A stretch of 64,000 nt of DNA from Schizochytrium sp. TIO01 (taxonomy: Eukaryota; Protista; Bigyra: Labyrinthulomycetes), in contig SMSO01000014.1 of the NCBI GenBank assembly GCA_004764695.1, positions 1,235,648 to 1,299,647 on the forward strand, given 5' to 3'. Positions within the stretch are counted from its first letter, which is position 1. Every line of letters begins with the position of its first letter. The notes under the pieces are model-generated. The model was not told the DNA's origin and did not search any database. It was given only the letters and a program-made list of their open reading frames with translations. A program made the translations under genes and the position numbers. Shown one piece after another: positions 45,870 to 56,963 of this stretch.

Positions 45870-48800
45870 GCTGCCAGCTGTACTTGCTTTCTCTTTTTCA
45901 CTGCTTTGGTCTTTTCCTCTTGCTGCTGTTGCTATCGCTATATGAGTTCAGGTTATGCTTCGTGTTAGTGCTCTTTCAACTAAATTCCCACTCTTCAAGA
46001 TGTCCTCCATGAAAAGAACTCCCACTCCAACCAGTTTTGCCTTCTTTGTATAGAGGGTTTAGTCATCCCCAGAACTAGCTTCCCTGCAGAACACTTAATG
46101 TTCATTGTCACTGTCATACTCGCATGCCTTAGCCTCTCTCATTGGTCGTGGCCCTTCGACAACTTTCTCAGCAGAGTGTCGAGCGAGATTGTCGCTCCTC
46201 ATTCTAGGTAGCTAGCTGCCTAAGCTGGACTAACTTTTCAATAAAAGCAAAGTGGGATAACACCTACGTCCTCCCAGCACAGTGTTGAGGCACCCTCTGT
46301 TGCCGACCCTCCCTAAGTGTTCAAAGTCTCAATCTTTCCAGGTCTCCTGTGCTGCGCAATGTTTTCCAGAGCTCCCGTGCCTCCGTTCTTGCTTCTTTCT
46401 TCTTTTTATTTAAAGAAGAGATTTATGCATCTTTAAAAAAAAAAAAATGTGCAAAAGTTGATCATCATTTGCATTATTTGGTACCAAAACCTCCACCAAA
46501 GTAGCCAGAAGACCTGAAGACCCCTCTCGTCTAGGTACCTCTAATCCTCCAAGCCGAGTGCGCAAACATGCTAGAGGTTGGCAACACCGCGAATGAACTT
46601 GTGTCGTCATGTCACGACGGTCCACCAAGTCCTTCCTGGCTGCAAGCGCGGTTTGCTGCTGCGCACCGACCTGAATGAACCAAGGGATGGATAGCTTGTA
46701 CAAGAAGAGAGAAGCTTCACGTTCTTCTGGGAGTGTATCGAGGAAATCAGGAACCAAAGCAAAGTGCGAGAGCTTGCAGTTTGGAGGCGCATCCGTGAGA
46801 ATGGCGCTTCCTGGAGTCACAAAGAAGCAGTTTTCGGACGGTCTATCTGTGGTCTGTGGCACACATGGAGATGCCGAAGATCTTCAACCTGGGCGCAGGG
46901 CAACTGGCGCAGGACGCGGTGAGGCGCTTCATTCAAGTTTGGGGCGCACGTAGTTTCGACGACGACTGTCTTCGACACTTACCTACCTATCTATTGGTCG
47001 ATTTCGTTGATGGCGATCGATGGCTTTCGAGGCGTTCGGGTTTTGGGTGCTATGTGATGCAGCTGCCGAGGTTTTATGCAGCGTGGCCTTCAGAGGATGC
47101 TCTCGCTGAGCTGAAGAGAATATCGAAACTGAGAACCCCGAGTCTCGGTCGGTTTAGAAATCGCATTCGCACAAAACTGGGGCTGTCTAGCTAGCCAGTT
47201 GAAAAGGGAAAGCGAGAATAGATGGTTTCTGTGCCCAAGTACTCATGCGAAGAGAACTTGAACACTGTAAGAGCTAAAATGTTCTTCGTGCACTCTAGCT
47301 AGAGACAGATAGATAGGCAGACAGACGTGTATATTTATTTACATATAAACAGGCTTCTTTCTGCCTAAGAGGTATGTACTCGTAAGTTGAAGTTTCAAAA
47401 AGCGACTGTCGGAAGAAGAAGAAGAATACCGTGATAAATGCATGAACTTTTGATGGGCAACCGGGCAAACTTGAAATTTGGATGTTTTGCGAGCTAAAAA
47501 GGGGATCGTTGGAAATCGAAAAGGCGAAGTCGGTCTAAATGAAGAATTGCCGAAGATGGCGCACTCAGAAGGATTGTGCGGATTCGTTTATTGGCGTCCA
47601 TCCGATCTTGTTCGGGCCATACAAGCGAGTTTTTAGAAGCTTTGAATCGCATTGCAGTTTGGAGAAAAAAGAATGCAACAAAACCTTTTTCTTTTTCTTT
47701 CTTTTTCTTTTTTAAAATTAAATTTAAAAAGTAGTTCTAAAATATCCTTTTCTACTTTCTTCCAAGTTTCTTTTATTAAAATATTTATAAACTAAAAAAG
47801 GTATATCAATAAATAGATAACTTGAAGTAGATTAAAAGGATGTTTGCATTTAAGATATCCTGAGAGATTGCCATTCAGGCGAGCAAACGCAGATGAATGG
47901 AAAAGGAATTCGCGGTCAAATGATCTATATTTACGGCTTCCTTGGACACCATTGTTTTTGTGCTCCTGTGTCTGCTTGTTGGAACGGGCTCTTATCAATT
48001 TCAGTAGGTACCTCAGTACAACCCCGGCTAGTCTTCAATAATCAAAGGTTTCCGATTGCAACCTCCAAAAAGAAACAGAACGTATGCCACTACCTTAGAT
48101 TTTTAGCGACTCTTTTATTCAAACTTGATTGTAATTACTCAGACATGATCTTCCCGGGCTGGTGCTCTGCCGCGTGAGTATAATGATGTTCCCAGTGGAC
48201 AGGACACTGATGTTGCTTGAGCTGATTGTGCTTGGAGAATTGCTCTTTCCCGGCGATCAAGAGCGGCGCCGTTTCTATTTTGCAAGCTCTAGAGGTCCCA
48301 CCCAACCTTATTATAACCTCTTCTCTTTGCTCTTCAAAGTACAGGTCCTACTTTTTCTTTTCTCTTCGCCCCGCTTGGGTTGGTAATTTATCGGCCATTG
48401 GAACTGAGCACATTCAATCTTTCCTCCAGACCAGTTTCCTTGCAAAGTAGAGCCTGATACCTCAGACTAGCAGCATCTATCGAAGACAAGCGTCTTACCC
48501 ACGGCTGAAAACAGCTTGCAACTGACGCTGAAAGGGCGTCGTGAGAGTGTATTCAAACGCCATTTCGTTTAAGCGAGCTTGGAGAGCGCAGATCAAGTCC
48601 AAGAACCCCTCATGAGCCGAGGGTTTGACTCTGCGAAAGAAAACCGGTCAATATGCTAGAATGTCAGGTTGGGATGGTTCAATCCACTGGTAAGGAATAC
48701 CGACCAAGAACGTCAAAAGCGGACACAGCATGTCGTCTGGCAGCTTCATTCGCTCTGTAAGACTATCGCGAGAAAAACACTGCGGACAACGCTGAGCGAT

Positions 48801-50479
48801 AAGTGGTGGTCTCGATTGGAGAAGTCTCACGGGGATCGTGAAATTTTCGGAGTATAGTGTCGAATCTTTGCTGATGGAGAAGCAAAACCCAGTAGCCTTC
48901 TCGATAGCTTGGGCTGAGTGACTGGAGAGATCTTCGTAAAAGGCCTAAATGTGGTGTTCGTCCAAAACTGATATTATAGCACACAGTTTCTTGAATGGTG
49001 AATGCCCTACTAAGGACGTACGCTCTGAGTGATGTGTGCTTTGGGTTCACTTGAGCTCAGGTTTACCCGAGTAAAAAGATTGACACGATCAGATTTTACT
49101 TAGTGAGAGTGGCCGTGCGAGTATTGGCTCGTGATCTCGCAAATTGGAAGAGAGTCATGGCTCATTTTTTATTCAAACGCCCTTCGCGTTCACCTCAACG
49201 ACGGTGCGCACAGCTATCGCAGCTCCTTTTTGCTTGAGAAATCTTACCCCGGAACATGAACTCATTGATTTCTGGCTGGAAAAACTAGCTTGTTTTAAGT
49301 AGCCAGAAGTGCGCCAGGTACCAGTATTGAGTAATTGTTTTAGCGTGAGTTTTTTTGCTCAACCTAAAGTTGGGGGACTTTAACTCAGTGCCTCTGACTA
49401 GTGAAAGTGTAAAAGTACGTGACATGCGTGAATAGTACTGGAGAGACTAAACATATATACTTTGTTTCCAATCAAGAGAGTGAGGCCCTGAAATGAAATA
49501 TGTCTCATGCGTTTAGATTGTACCTAAGATCTCACGTGTGAATGATTCAGATGTTAGTACGACACTAGCATGCTGGATGGCCTTGTCGACTGTCCAGAGT
49601 TATTGGCAGGAAGAAGACGAGGCTCAATTTTCCATGCCAAATCTGTTTCAGGATACGGTTTCAAGTTCTGCCTTTTTTCCACACAACACTCGAAGGAAAC
49701 CCCCCTCTCAAAGAGTATTTAAGACTTTTATTCGAGACTTCAGAGCTTACTTGAAAATAAATTGCATCTGTATAGAACTTAAACCCCGATTGGTGGATAA
49801 GAAGATAAGTAAAGTGCTACTAATGGTATCCAAAATTAAAAAGGACGACAGCAACGCTATCGTTTGCAGTTACTATTCTAGTGAACATAATCTTCAATAC
49901 TTAGGACAAACTTTCCACAGAACAACCCGACGAGTTTTTATTCTTCGAACCAACACGCAGGTTCAAAATTCGATCATGTGCATATATCACAGATATGTCA
50001 ACATGGCAAGTTCGTTACTCACTATTTTGATACCTTTATATTATGCCACAGCGAGCAAGGAGTTCCGGATATCTCTGGTCGGCGAATAGACGGTACGATT
50101 AGACTCGGATTTACCGATCCTAGTCTAATAACGGGAGGTGTTTACATGTTTTTGATATACTAAGTGTTTCCTGTGATATGCTGTTCAGCTTGAATTGAAC
50201 AGCCAACTTTTCGTTTAGGCCCACTGTAATATAATTAACTGGGTTTGTGCACAGTACTTATTCTTTTCTCAACCAACATAGCTAGCTTAATCAGCGTGAA
50301 TAGATTAAAATGTGTAGCGAATCTTCAAACATAGAAGTACCTTTTCATCTGCCCTACTCCGACAAAAACCTATCAGTGTTTTTTCTTAAGCTTTTTACTC
50401 TCATTAATATATAGTTTTATGTATTTATTTTATTTTTTATTTAAAAAAAATAAATAAAAAATAAAAAAATTAAAGTGAC

Positions 50480-50550
50480 TTCTCCTACGCGGAATCGAAC
50501 CACGGTTGTCAGAGTCAGAGTCTGACATGCTACCATTACATCACAGGAGA
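50480..50550 (-). tRNA. tRNA-Gln(CTG) copy 1
   Basis: 71-nt cloverleaf; anticodon arm TCAGA-CTCTGAC-TCTGA; T loop TTCGATT; downstream T tract. Confidence 0.95.
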
Positions 50551-50652
50551 AGGATTATCTTATTACCTAATCTTGTCCCAGCGTTAGGCTTGGACTGTTT
50601 TATTCTCACGACCATTGAAAATCAGAACAAAAAATTATGCCAAAAAGAACGT

Positions 50653-50723
50653 TTCTCCTACGCGGAATCGAACCACGGTTGTCAGAGTCAGAGTCTGACA
50701 TGCTACCATTACATCACAGGAGA
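50653..50723 (-). tRNA. tRNA-Gln(CTG) copy 2
   Basis: Identical to copy 1. Confidence 0.95.
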
Positions 50724-50828
50724 AGAAGGAGGAAAGCTCATCACCTGAGCTTTTCCGGGAATCTCATCTGGATTATTTTATTATTACAGCCATTGGAAAC
50801 TGGGAAAAAATCACATCAAAAAGGAAAT

Positions 50829-50899
50829 TTCTCCTACGCGGAATCGAACCACGGTTGTCAGAGTCAGAGTCTGACATGCTGCCATTACATCACAGGAGA
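50829..50899 (-). tRNA. tRNA-Gln(CTG) copy 3
   Basis: Same, with D-loop T>C variant. Confidence 0.95.
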
Positions 50900-51002
50900 A
50901 CATGTTTTCATGTAAGCATCGTGAGACATAGACACATATAAAGATGGAAGTTGAAACTTACGTTTTAAAAAAATTGTATGAAAGGCAAAAATAATGTATT
51001 TG

Positions 51003-51073
51003 TTCTCCTACGCGGAATCGAACCACGGTTGTCAGAGTCAGAGTCTGACATGCTGCCATTACATCACAGGAGA
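51003..51073 (-). tRNA. tRNA-Gln(CTG) copy 4
   Basis: Same, with D-loop T>C variant. Confidence 0.95.
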
Positions 51074-51180
51074 GGATATTTCCTTGTACATGGCGAAGAG
51101 CATGGATCAATATAAATCTCAAATCCAAAGTTTATGCGAAAAAATTACCCTGAACGAAATGTAAAAAGTATGGTGGTTAG

Positions 51181-51251
51181 TTCTCCTACGCGGAATCGAA
51201 CCACGGTTGTCAGAGTCAGAGTCTGACATGCTGCCATTACATCACAGGAGA
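51181..51251 (-). tRNA. tRNA-Gln(CTG) copy 5
   Basis: Same, with D-loop T>C variant. Confidence 0.95.
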
Positions 51252-51351
51252 ACGACATTTTTAAGATATCATAGAGTTTTCGCTGGAATTCATATATCAT
51301 GTATATTTTGTCTGTACCAACTGTAAAAAGTCAAAAAGATGCTGCTCATTG

Positions 51352-51422
51352 TTCTCCTACGCGGAATCGAACCACGGTTGTCAGAGTCAGAGTCTGACAT
51401 GCTACCATTACATCACAGGAGA
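51352..51422 (-). tRNA. tRNA-Gln(CTG) copy 6
   Basis: Identical to copy 1. Confidence 0.95.
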
Positions 51423-51719
51423 ACGACATTTGGAAGTTGGGAAAAAGAAGACTAATGATATAAATAAATAAACGTTGATTGAACTTTGTAATTATCTGAA
51501 ATTGAGGACTTGAAAATCTGAGGTACGCGCATGATCATAGTGGGTAGATATGTTGATGATTTATTCACGATAGAACAAGTTAGACAAAGTCACTACGCCT
51601 TTAAGACTACAGAATACAATACAAAAGCTCCTTAGTAAACATAAGAAAGATAGATGGTTACAGCGCTCGCAGGGTAAGTGAATCATTGGCAGAGTATATA
51701 ACACAGTAGTTGAGTTGGC

Positions 51720-53030
51720 CTATAAACCAACTAAGGTCTGAAAAGTATGAGCCCATTTGACTTTACTTGCTTCGTTGCCAGTTGAGCTACTTCCAGAACT
51801 CGAAGCGGTGTGACGTGCTTGAGACCGACTGTCCGCAAGGGACTTTGGTTTTCGAAAGGGCTCTAGGAACGATGGCATAGATTGAATTTGTGCCGGAGGG
51901 GCTTCCAGGTCTTGGAGCTGCTTGTTTATTTCCGTGAATTCCTCAGCAAGCCGAGAGACTTCTTCGGTGTGTTTGTCAAGCTCTTCGATGACAGCTTCGA
52001 TTTGCTCGTCCCTTTGAATGTTTGACTGCTTTAGATATTGAATTCGGCGACTCAAATCAGGGAAGTCGTTCGCACCAACCGCAACTGCTGAAGGAACAGT
52101 TAGTTGGGGTACCTCCTCCATAATTCGATTGCAACATTCATTCAAGTATCGCAAGAGACGTTCTTTTTCCTTGCTACGCATGCGCTCAACACGAGGTAAA
52201 CTAAGTAGCAATGGACATACTCCTCTCAAGGTTGATTCTACAAAATCCTCCACAAGAGGGGGAATAGGTTTCCATCCAGATTTCGGGATTATGAGCTGTG
52301 CCTGTCCCTTACTATGTGTGCGTTTACCTGTACCTTCTAAGTCGTCATCAGCTGATCTTGCAAGACGTTTCTTTGGCCTTCCGCTGCTCCGTTGCGAAGT
52401 GCTCATCGTCAAGGTTGTCGAATCAACATGAATCCGTTTACGCGTCGTCGAAGACTGCGCTTTTGCGGCTGGGTTTCGTGGCAATTGCTGATCATCATCA
52501 TTTTCCGTAGTTCCCTTCCTCAACTCTTCTTGCATCTTTTTCAGTTTCCGCAGTTTTGCCTGTCGAGCTCGCTTCTTCTTAGCCTTCGCTGCCCGTCGTT
52601 CAAGTTTATCACGCTCCTTTTCAGCAAGAATTCTTTCACGAGCTGCAAGTAACTCATTATCTAGATCTTCGTCATTGACATCATCGTCGCTCGACCCTCC
52701 CTGGTCATCATCATCATCATCGTCGTCGTCGTCATCGTCCTCGTCGTCATCATCATCGTCATCGCCGTCGCCGCCAGCAACATAACTCTCTTGATCACTA
52801 GAATTTTCTTCGTCTTCATCAGATTCTGCGCCAGAGCTTGCAGCGGAATCATCATCCCCATCCCCATCCTCATCATCATCATCATCTTCTTCGTCGTCGT
52901 CGTCCTCATCCAGGTCGTCCTCACCGTCGTGGTTACCACGACCCCTCATGCGCTCCTCATCCAGCAGCTCTTCGCCGCCACGCTCTCCACTGGCTTCGGA
53001 CTCGCTGTCCTCTGGTGAGGAGGCATCCAT
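51720..53030 (-). CDS. CENP-Q-like kinetochore protein with poly-acidic N-terminus
   Basis: First ATG 53030; WKPIP...KEKERLLRYLNECCNRIMEEVPQLTVP...EELDK followed by coiled coil resembles the CENP-Q pattern. Confidence 0.6.
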   Translation of the reverse strand: MDASSPEDSESEASGERGGEELLDEERMRGRGNHDGEDDLDEDDDDEEDDDDDEDGDGDDDSAASSGAESDEDEENSSDQESYVAGGDGDDDDDDDEDDDDDDDDDDDDQGGSSDDDVNDEDLDNELLAARERILAEKERDKLERRAAKAKKKRARQAKLRKLKKMQEELRKGTTENDDDQQLPRNPAAKAQSSTTRKRIHVDSTTLTMSTSQRSSGRPKKRLARSADDDLEGTGKRTHSKGQAQLIIPKSGWKPIPPLVEDFVESTLRGVCPLLLSLPRVERMRSKEKERLLRYLNECCNRIMEEVPQLTVPSAVAVGANDFPDLSRRIQYLKQSNIQRDEQIEAVIEELDKHTEEVSRLAEEFTEINKQLQDLEAPPAQIQSMPSFLEPFRKPKSLADSRSQARHTASSSGSSSTGNEASKVKWAHTFQTLVGL

Positions 53031-54942
53031 TGTGCCCTGTGCTCGGTTGTTTGTTCTAGCAACAAACGCGCGGTGGGGCGCCCTTTGCAGAGTCACAGAT
53101 CTGAAGAATAGACCAAACTCGGTGGGCTCTTATCTTTGCCGGAAAATGGAGATGATCATATTATTGAGCAACCTAACGGGAAGCGGTCTATTTTCGAGAA
53201 CTTTTTATTTTTTTCTAAAACTAAAAATGGGCTATTTGTGAGAAATGGACTGCACAACGCAAGGTCCGTTACGGAGAACGTGGGAGGTGCAATATAAATT
53301 TAGGCTGTTTAAGAAGGTTACATTAAGTTTGATTCTTTGGTGTTGGAGCTGGATGTACTCTAGACGGAGGAATCTCTGTGCTGGGGAAATCATTTCTTTG
53401 CGCATTTACGAGTCCTCACGGTTTTGTTAAAGGTTACGTATTTGACTGACCGTATTTAGCCTATTTCTTCTTCTTACCCGCCATTTGCAACCGTCTTATT
53501 TTGTTTTAGAATGCCTATTTTAATTCTTATGACTCTAACTGAATCGATTAAATCCTTAGAGGCCGCAACCAATGAAGACGACTCGCACATTTATCGACGT
53601 GGTTACCTCGAAACTCAAGTCCAGGGAACTTCCTGAAGATCATTTCTCTTTAGCGGCCATTTCTCATCAGTCCAATCTGCTCTACTTCACAAAATCCGAA
53701 GCAAGAAAAATAATGGAGGTAGGCTGTTTATGTCCTAGTCCAGTTATGTGCGCAATCACTGCATCGTGGTTTTCCCCATTTTGTCCAGTACTCGTCAACA
53801 GTCAGAAAATCCATAAAAGTGCGACAACCTTCATCTAAGCAGAGCCAGCACTCAAGTTAAGCTCCGGTGCCGCTTCCACATTGGTTGAAAGGAATGAAAT
53901 GAGAGTTGTACGTGATGATCTCGTGCGTACGGTGCATAAGCTATTGTCAGCATCGGAGTAACATTCTGAAGAAGTATAGCTTACTCACTAAGCATGATCC
54001 TTCATGGAGGGTTCTTCTTTAGCTTTGCTAAATGGATTCAGTGAATTAAGCTGTCAACGCTAATATTAAGCATCAACAGCATCATTTTTTCCGCTGACAT
54101 CACGAGCTGCTTGTAGGTGTTAGCACTCCACTAATAGACTAAGAATAGTAAAATGTTACGATATTATTTATTTTTTTGTTCTCTCTATATCAGGCATTAC
54201 CCACTACTTCGCTTCCTTCTTGTCAGCTTCTAAGAGTAGTGACATACTGTTAATCTAGCAAGGCCACCGCCGCGCCATAGCACGAGATTTAGTTGTTTCC
54301 ACTTACGCAGGATAGGCTTTGTTAGCTAAGCAAATACACGTAAAGCATAACCAATAATAGGTTCAACATCCGTGTTTGGTACTTGGACTCAGCGGAGTCA
54401 GCGCAAAATAGAACTAGTTTGCTTTGTGCGCGAGCGTCCGCAAGAACGGAATTCAGGACACGACTGCAATAGATACGTGAGGAAGAATAACTCAGCTGCA
54501 ACGGGGAAAGGATTGTAGTATTTCTCACGCGTGGCGCATAAACAAGGCTGTATTGGAGAAACGTCATAGATTGTTAGTCTATCTGCACGCGGACCAGCTC
54601 TATAGGGCAATTCGTCTGCAGAGCTCCATTTCGTTGCACTTCTGGATATCTAGATAGGCAGTTGCCTCGCAAAAAGAGCAGGGCGGCAACATTGAAGATT
54701 GTAGGATTGACCGAACAAGCTTCGCAGAATCAAAGGCACAGTTATATTGACTTTGGAGAGCTACAGCGATCAAAATCAAGCTGATAGTTAATGCTCGAGC
54801 GCACATCAGGGAAGTCTTCGGGGCTTCAAACTATCTAGTCTTTTGAATATATCTTGAAGGTTCACTTTTCAGCTTTTCGAACGCCTATTGAAGCCTGCAA
54901 GAGTGGTTGTCAACAATCATCTTTGGGGGAAATCATAGCGCA

Positions 54943-56454
54943 ATGGTCAATGGAACGAATTATACACAACTCACAGCAGACGAATGCTTACGGATTGCAG
55001 TTGTGAACTCCTCACAAGGAGATATCCTCGATGGCTTATGGTATGTTGGAGTTATATTGAGTATCTTTAGTTCCATTGCAAGTAATCTTGGTGTGAATAT
55101 ACAAAAATATAGCATGCTAAAAGAGTTTCAGAAAATGGAAAATGACTGCAATTATCGCGAAAAACCCTACATATTACAAAAAATTTGGCTTTTCGGTCTT
55201 CTTTTGGTTATCGGAGGATCTATTGGGGACTTTGCTGCACTAGGATTTGCAGCACAAACCTTGGCTACACCTGTAGGAGGTTTTACCATGGTTGCTAATG
55301 TGTTCTTTGCACATTTTTTTCTCAAAGAAGCACTCACTAGAAGAGATTTGATAGCCACAGTTTTTGTTCTGATTGGTGTAGTTGCAGTTGCTTGTAGTGC
55401 AGACAAACGTGAAAAAAGTTACACTCTAGAGTGCCTACTTACTCTGTACGAGCGAACAGAATTTATTGTCTATATTATTGGAACCTTCTTCCTCGTTGCT
55501 TTATTATATGCTGCTACAAGATACCTTGAAAAATTGCGAGCAAACGATATTGATGGCGAAAAGTATAAAAAATGGCGAAAATTCCATCCAATTTGCCCAG
55601 CAGCACTCTCTGGATTTATTGGAGCACAATCCGTGCTTTTTGCAAAATGCTCAGCAGAGCTTATTAAAAAAACTTTTCAGGGAGACAATCAATTTGCAAA
55701 TTGGCAAACATACATTATCATTCTTTGCATGTTTTTTACAATCTTCAACCAGCTTCATTGGTTAGCAAATGGACTGCGATTGTTTGATGCTGTTCTCATT
55801 ATTCCGGTGTTTCAGTGTTTTTTCATTACTGGTGGTGTTATTGGGGGTGGTGTCTTCTTTGATGAACTGCAAGGTTTGAAGGCGTCAATGAAGGTTCTGT
55901 TTTTCTTAGGAGTCTTGATTACAATCGCGGGGGTTGTGCTCTTGTCTCAGCGAGACCAGAACTCTTCGAAAAAATGCGAGGCTAAAGTATCTCCTGAGTC
56001 AGTGTTCGCTGGAAATATTAATCTTCCTGAATCTCCAAAGTTATGTTCCTCGCAGGGTGGCAGCGATGCAGAAAACCACAATTCTCATAACACTGATATT
56101 GTAGCGATAGCTTCTGCACATGCTCACGCTGTAAACCATACTGCAGATGATCGTGTATTGACACCTCTGCCAATGTCACTTCAGCACCCTGGATTTGCGG
56201 TATCAGATGTCTATTCTGCATTACGAGCTAGTTCCTCTACAGGGCACGAACGGCACGAACGAAGAGATAGTAAAAATGCAATGATACCTGATCACCTCCC
56301 TGTAAATCGTCAAAATACAGATCCCACGTCCGGTGGAACTGATACGCTCTCAGCAACTGACGCAGCAAGTCAGAAACACGAGAGTCATGAAAGCCGTCGC
56401 AAGAGTTTTCCAAACGATGAACAGCCAGGTCCTCCAGAGCACCCGCAATCTTAA
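54943..56454 (+). CDS. NIPA-like magnesium transporter (DMT superfamily)
   Basis: LGVNIQKYS, WLFGL, GDFAALGFAAQTLATPVG, SVLFAK, GLRLFDAVLIIPVFQ; multiple TM helices. Confidence 0.92.
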   Translation: MVNGTNYTQLTADECLRIAVVNSSQGDILDGLWYVGVILSIFSSIASNLGVNIQKYSMLKEFQKMENDCNYREKPYILQKIWLFGLLLVIGGSIGDFAALGFAAQTLATPVGGFTMVANVFFAHFFLKEALTRRDLIATVFVLIGVVAVACSADKREKSYTLECLLTLYERTEFIVYIIGTFFLVALLYAATRYLEKLRANDIDGEKYKKWRKFHPICPAALSGFIGAQSVLFAKCSAELIKKTFQGDNQFANWQTYIIILCMFFTIFNQLHWLANGLRLFDAVLIIPVFQCFFITGGVIGGGVFFDELQGLKASMKVLFFLGVLITIAGVVLLSQRDQNSSKKCEAKVSPESVFAGNINLPESPKLCSSQGGSDAENHNSHNTDIVAIASAHAHAVNHTADDRVLTPLPMSLQHPGFAVSDVYSALRASSSTGHERHERRDSKNAMIPDHLPVNRQNTDPTSGGTDTLSATDAASQKHESHESRRKSFPNDEQPGPPEHPQS

Positions 56455-56963
56455 ATATACTAGCAATATTATCAACTCACTGATGTCATAATAGTCATTA
56501 TGTCAATCACTGAGGTGTGCCTTGCGGCTCTACAAGCGAGGCGTTGTGTTTTGATTATCGAGTTCTTGTGTATACTAGTATCTTGACTCGTGACTAAACT
56601 AGCATATATATTTTCTGTGTATATTCCAAACATCGTTTTAGAATATTGTAAACCAAAGATTTAAAGCTCTTTTATTTAGCCTATAATTTAATCGAATCTT
56701 GACATAATTATATCTTTAAAAATATGGTAGCCATTAATACCGACAGTTTGCTTTCTAATTTATTTTTACAAATACTCTGACTTTACTTGTTGATTGAGGA
56801 AAGGCCTTTATTTGGTACTATCGATTGTATGTTGGTATTCGGTTGACCCGGAGGTTGGCAACAAGATACATAACATCTAAAAAACAATCAATTATTCTTC
56901 GATTTCACAGAGTATTTTCATTCAGGTGGTAATGTATAGTTATGTAAATGTAAATCTATGTTC

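Noticed and set aside
50480-51422. CRISPR-like repeat-spacer array
   Set aside because: The repeats are 71-nt tRNA cloverleaves with terminators, spacers are ~100 bp, there are no cas genes and the context is eukaryotic.
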